From Paraclostridium sp. (lineage in GTDB: Bacteria > Bacillota > Clostridia > Peptostreptococcales > Peptostreptococcaceae), in contig NZ_JBOGBV010000053.1 of the NCBI RefSeq assembly GCF_051656405.1, forward strand, positions 13,479 to 77,478: a stretch of DNA of 64,000 nucleotides. Reading direction: 5' to 3'. Position 1 is the first letter of the stretch; every line of letters starts with the position of its first letter. Shown one piece after another: positions 62,324-64,000 of the stretch. The position numbers and the translations under genes are program-made. The notes under the pieces are model-generated. The model was given only the letters and a program-made list of their open reading frames with translations, ran no database searches and was not told the DNA's origin.

Positions 62324-64000
62324 TTATTTATATGCTTTAAAGTTTTTTAATCTTAATGCATTACTAACTACAGATACTGAACTTAAACTCATGGCTGCTG
62401 CTGCTATCATAGGATTTAGTAACGGTCCTCCAAATAAATATAATATTCCTGCTGCTACAGGTATACCTATAGTGTTGTACCCAAATGCCCAGAATAAATT
62501 TTGCTTAATATTTTTAATTGTTTCTTTACTTAATTTGATAGCTGTCGGAACATCCATAAGGTCACTTTTCATTAAAACAATATTTGCAGATTCAATAGCA
62601 ACATCAGTCCCACTTCCTATTGCAATTCCGATGTCAGCTTTAGCTAGTGCAGGCGCATCATTAATGCCATCACCTACCATAGCTACAAAATTACCTTTTT
62701 CTTGAAGTTTTTTAACTTCATTTGCCTTATCTTCTGGTAATACTTCAGCTAAAACAATATCTATACCAACTTCATTTGCTATTGCATTTGCTGTCTTTTT
62801 ATTATCTCCAGTAACCATAGCAACTTGAATTCCCATTTCATGCAATCTTTCTACTGCTTTTTTGCTATTTTCTTTGACTATATCAGCAACAGCTATTATA
62901 CCTGCTAATTGATTATCGATAGAAATATACATAGGAGTTTTACCTTCACTAGCCAACTTATCTGAAGATACTTCCAATTCGCTAGTACTTATATTTTTAT
63001 CATCCATAAGTTTCTTATTTCCTAATAATATTTGTTTTTCATCTATTATAACTTCTATACCATGCCCTGTTATAGAGTTAAAGTTAGTTACATTTAAAAC
63101 TTCTAATTTTTCTTCCTCACCTTTTTTTACTATAGCCTCTCCAAGTGGATGTTCTGAACCTTTTTCTGCACTTGCTGCAAATTGAAGAAGTTCATTTCCA
63201 CTAACTATATTAGTAGTTAAAATATCTGTTACAACAGGCTTTCCTTCTGTTATAGTTCCTGTTTTATCAAATATTATAGTATTTATTTTATGTGCAGACT
63301 CTAGCGCTACTCCACCTTTTATTAATATACCATTTTCTGCACCTTTACCTGTTCCAACCATTATAGCTGTTGGTGTTGCAAGTCCTAATGCACATGGGCA
63401 AGCTATAACTAAAATAGATATAAAAATAGTTAAAGAAAATACTAAATCTTTTCCGCCTACAAAGAACCAAAGTAGAGCACTTATTGCAGCTATTGCTAGA
63501 ACTGTTGGAACAAAATACCCTGAAACAGTATCAGCCAATTTTGCTATTGGAGCTTTACTTCCTTGTGCATCTTCAACTAATTTTATAATTTGAGCAAGAG
63601 CAGTATCACTTCCTACTTTTTCTGCTTTAAATTTTATATTACCATTTTTATTTATACTAGCTCCAGTTATCTTATCTCCAACTTTCTTCTCAACAGGCAT
63701 ACTTTCTCCTGTAAGCATAGATTCATCTACTAAAGTATGTCCTTCAATTACTATACCATCTACAGGTATCTTACTTCCTGGTTTTACTACTATAATGTCA
63801 TCTTCTTCAACTTCATCAATTGGTATTTCTAACTCCTGTGAATTTTTTATTATTATAGCAGTCTTTGGCTGTAATCCCATAAGAGTTTTTATAGCTTCAG
63901 ACGTTTTTCCTTTAGATCTAGTTTCCAGATATTTCCCAAGTAATATTAGTGCTATTATTATACCAGCACTTTCGTAATATAATTGATGATCATGTCCACC
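62324..64000 (-). CDS. copA: Copper-translocating P1B-type ATPase; 5' end beyond the window
   Basis: Frame open to the window end ([13 protein letters not shown]...); [26 protein letters not shown], and P..AAAAMxxSS. Confidence 0.92.
   Translation of the reverse strand, partial: GGHDHQLYYESAGIIIALILLGKYLETRSKGKTSEAIKTLMGLQPKTAIIIKNSQELEIPIDEVEEDDIIVVKPGSKIPVDGIVIEGHTLVDESMLTGESMPVEKKVGDKITGASINKNGNIKFKAEKVGSDTALAQIIKLVEDAQGSKAPIAKLADTVSGYFVPTVLAIAAISALLWFFVGGKDLVFSLTIFISILVIACPCALGLATPTAIMVGTGKGAENGILIKGGVALESAHKINTIIFDKTGTITEGKPVVTDILTTNIVSGNELLQFAASAEKGSEHPLGEAIVKKGEEEKLEVLNVTNFNSITGHGIEVIIDEKQILLGNKKLMDDKNISTSELEVSSDKLASEGKTPMYISIDNQLAGIIAVADIVKENSKKAVERLHEMGIQVAMVTGDNKKTANAIANEVGIDIVLAEVLPEDKANEVKKLQEKGNFVAMVGDGINDAPALAKADIGIAIGSGTDVAIESANIVLMKSDLMDVPTAIKLSKETIKNIKQNLFWAFGYNTIGIPVAAGILYLFGGPLLNPMIAAAAMSLSSVSVVSNALRLKNFKAYK

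Noticed and set aside
1875-63977. Many short plus-strand ORFs antisense to long genes (e.g. 1875-2228, 11767-12426, 28944-29321, 39587-40024, 56061-56447) and alternative-frame ORFs at 18105-18474 and 7824-8027
   Set aside because: Shadows of real genes or of coding repeats; no RBS or family motifs

Overview
Very AT-rich Firmicute chromosome segment, most consistent with a Peptostreptococcaceae anaerobe (Clostridioides/Paraclostridium/Paeniclostridium-like; inferred from protein similarity and gene content). Nearly all genes lie on the minus strand. From left to right: the end of a Tn554-like element with two tyrosine recombinases; a trans-4-hydroxy-L-proline dehydratase (HypD) glycyl-radical locus with its activase and an XRE-cupin regulator; transporters, an AraC regulator and an ornithine cyclodeaminase/mu-crystallin protein; a 5xSH3b amidase; a partial PTS / glycosylasparaginase / dead-peptidase / CutC / ChbG amino-sugar cluster interrupted by a Cys-rich collagen-like gene; truA, a lipoprotein plus two-component system, an RlmL-like methylase and larE; a YtrA-type ABC operon; an ArsC/Spx-family gene that the ORF track truncates because it has an in-frame UGA at the catalytic Cys position followed by a SECIS-like hairpin (probable selenoprotein, the best finding); a stand-alone HEPN-motif protein; a CoA-activase/DUF2229 fusion; guaD; csp; a lactate operon (regulator-larA-etfB-etfA-lctD); a second two-component system and a Bce-type module; an Opp/App ABC system; a NhaC-family transporter; an ECF S component; and a truncated copA. 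Two pairs of near-identical duplicated upstream sequences (34 bp and 36 bp) and several clear operator arrays were also seen. No rRNA, tRNA, CRISPR array or recognisable riboswitch was found. All assignments come from motif reading and recalled family knowledge; no database searches were run.
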